Of a DNA stretch of 64,000 nt, positions 62,777 through 64,000 are shown piece after piece. The stretch lies in assembly GCF_018350175.1 (NCBI RefSeq), contig NC_058383.1, forward strand, positions 2,046,001-2,110,000, read 5' to 3'. Under the pieces are notes generated by a model, which worked only from the letters and a program-made list of their open reading frames with translations, ran no database searches and had not been told where the DNA came from. The first letter of the stretch is position 1. Every line of letters starts with the position of its first letter. The position numbers and the translations under genes are program-made. Origin of the DNA: Felis catus. Its lineage: Eukaryota.

Positions 62777-63173
62777 CAGGGCTGGGAGCACGTCTCATTT
62801 CCAGGTGGGACGAGGAGAAACAGGAAAGACTCCTTCCTTCCCCACAACAGGAAGCAGGGCGAGGAGGCTATGGATCTCCCAGCAGACTGTCCTCACTGGG
62901 CAGGATGCGCCCCCAGGCTGAGCCACAGGGCTGCGTGCCCAGTGGCCTTGCAAGGGCAGCTGGCCAGGAGCCCCCTGTCCTCTGATGTCATCTGACACCA
63001 CTCCCAAGGGAAGAGGGGAAGAGGCGAGGGGTCAGACCATCCCCAGGGCGGAGGTCTCGGGGAACACCCCTGCCCCCATCTCGGGGAGGGGGGTGTCTAG
63101 GGCTGCACCCATCACCCACCTCACCCCGTCCCATCCCCCTTATAGCAGCCAAGCCCCTGCAGCCTGCTCAAAC

Positions 63174-63179
63174 TTTATT
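63174..63179 (-). terminator. GRIFIN: GRIFIN polyadenylation signal AATAAA
   Basis: tttatt on +, about 130 nt downstream of the GRIFIN stop codon. Confidence 0.8.
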
Positions 63180-63308
63180 GAAGGTGGAGGTGGAGTGGGG
63201 AGGGGCCCAGAAGCACAGACCACCAGCCCCCCCTCCTCCCCCAGGGTGGGCTCCAGGGACAGGAGACAGCTGATGGCTTAGGCTCCCTCCGGGGACTTCA
63301 GGCGCAGC

Positions 63309-63324
63309 TCAGTGGCCCCCATCC
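63309..63324 (-). CDS. GRIFIN: GRIFIN last coding exon ((W)DGGH*)
   Basis: ttgcag|G GAT GGG GGC CAC TGA is phase-compatible with the preceding exon and is followed by AATAAA. Confidence 0.8.
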
Positions 63325-63578
63325 CTGCAAATATCCAAGACACCCGCCTCAGCCCCCGCCCAGACCCCAGGGTGGCCTCGGGGGTGGGATGTGGACAGTG
63401 GGCCCTGCCCCCTCGGGCTTGCAGAGGCGAGGGGCAGCGGGGCCGGGGGACTAAGCCCACAGCCTCCCTCCCAGGCTGATGGGGCCTGATGGGTCCTGGG
63501 GACAAGGATGCCCAGCACAGTCCCTGCTGTGCTGGGCAGGGGGCGGAGCTGGGTGGCTGGGGCGTGCGGGTGCGTTAC

Positions 63579-63745
63579 CACCAACTCAGGTCCCTCCTGG
63601 CCAGCTCCACCTGGGCCAGGCGGTGGTCACTCAGCACCTGTACCCGGGTGATGCCCGCCAGCGGCCGGTGGCGGTGTGCGAACTGTAGCACCTTGTGGTC
63701 CTGGGCGTGGACGTGGAAGTGCTCCGCATCCGAGCTCACCTCCAT
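63579..63745 (-). CDS. GRIFIN: GRIFIN (galectin-related inter-fiber protein), penultimate coding exon; the 5' part of the gene lies beyond the window
   Basis: cccag|ATG GAG GTG...: MEVSSDAEHFHVHAQDHKVLQFAHRHRPLAGITRVQVLSDHRLAQVELARRDLSW(W), the C-terminal galectin-fold strands of GRIFIN. Donor TG|GTAACG at 63577-63578. Confidence 0.9.
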
Positions 63746-64000
63746 CTGGGGACGGGAGGCCGGTGACCCACGGGTCCCCTCACCAGCCCCATCACGCAGG
63801 CCGGCCCCGGATGGGAGCTCTGGGCCCCCTCCTCTCTCTGAGAAGTGCTCCCACCCACACCCAGCAGTGAGACTTCCAGCTGGCCGTCTCCCCGTCAACA
63901 TCCATGATGAGCCGGGGGCACAGGACATCTGGCGCAAAGCAGCCAGACAGCCCAGATGCCTCCACAGGTACCCCCGAGCCCGGCCTCCCGGCCTCCCTCA

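Noticed and set aside
63746..63937. N-terminal part of the 120-aa ORF 63575-63937
   Set aside because: It is intronic read-through upstream of the GRIFIN acceptor at 63746-63747.

Overview
This is mammalian genomic DNA from a felid, judged by abundant Felis-type CAN-SINEs. It is syntenic with the human 7p22.3 CHST12-GRIFIN interval. It holds one complete gene, CHST12 (+ strand): a CpG-island promoter and non-coding first exon near 10.9 kb, an intron of about 19.5 kb, and a single coding exon with CDS 30462-31706 (414 aa). The last two coding exons of GRIFIN (- strand) lie at the right end. The rest is SINEs, L1 fragments, MaLR/ERVL-type LTRs, micro/minisatellites and unique sequence. Two unexplained structures stand out. 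(1) Many minus-strand exon-like blocks, with splice acceptors/donors and partly open protein-like frames, run from about 59.7 kb to 12.5 kb; they suggest a large decayed antisense gene in whose intron the CHST12 coding exon is nested. (2) Plus-strand exon-like blocks at 2.3-4.3 kb are candidates for the degenerate 3' end of KIF19B. Both are manual inferences that need homology searches. Repeat subfamily calls and boundaries are by eye and approximate.
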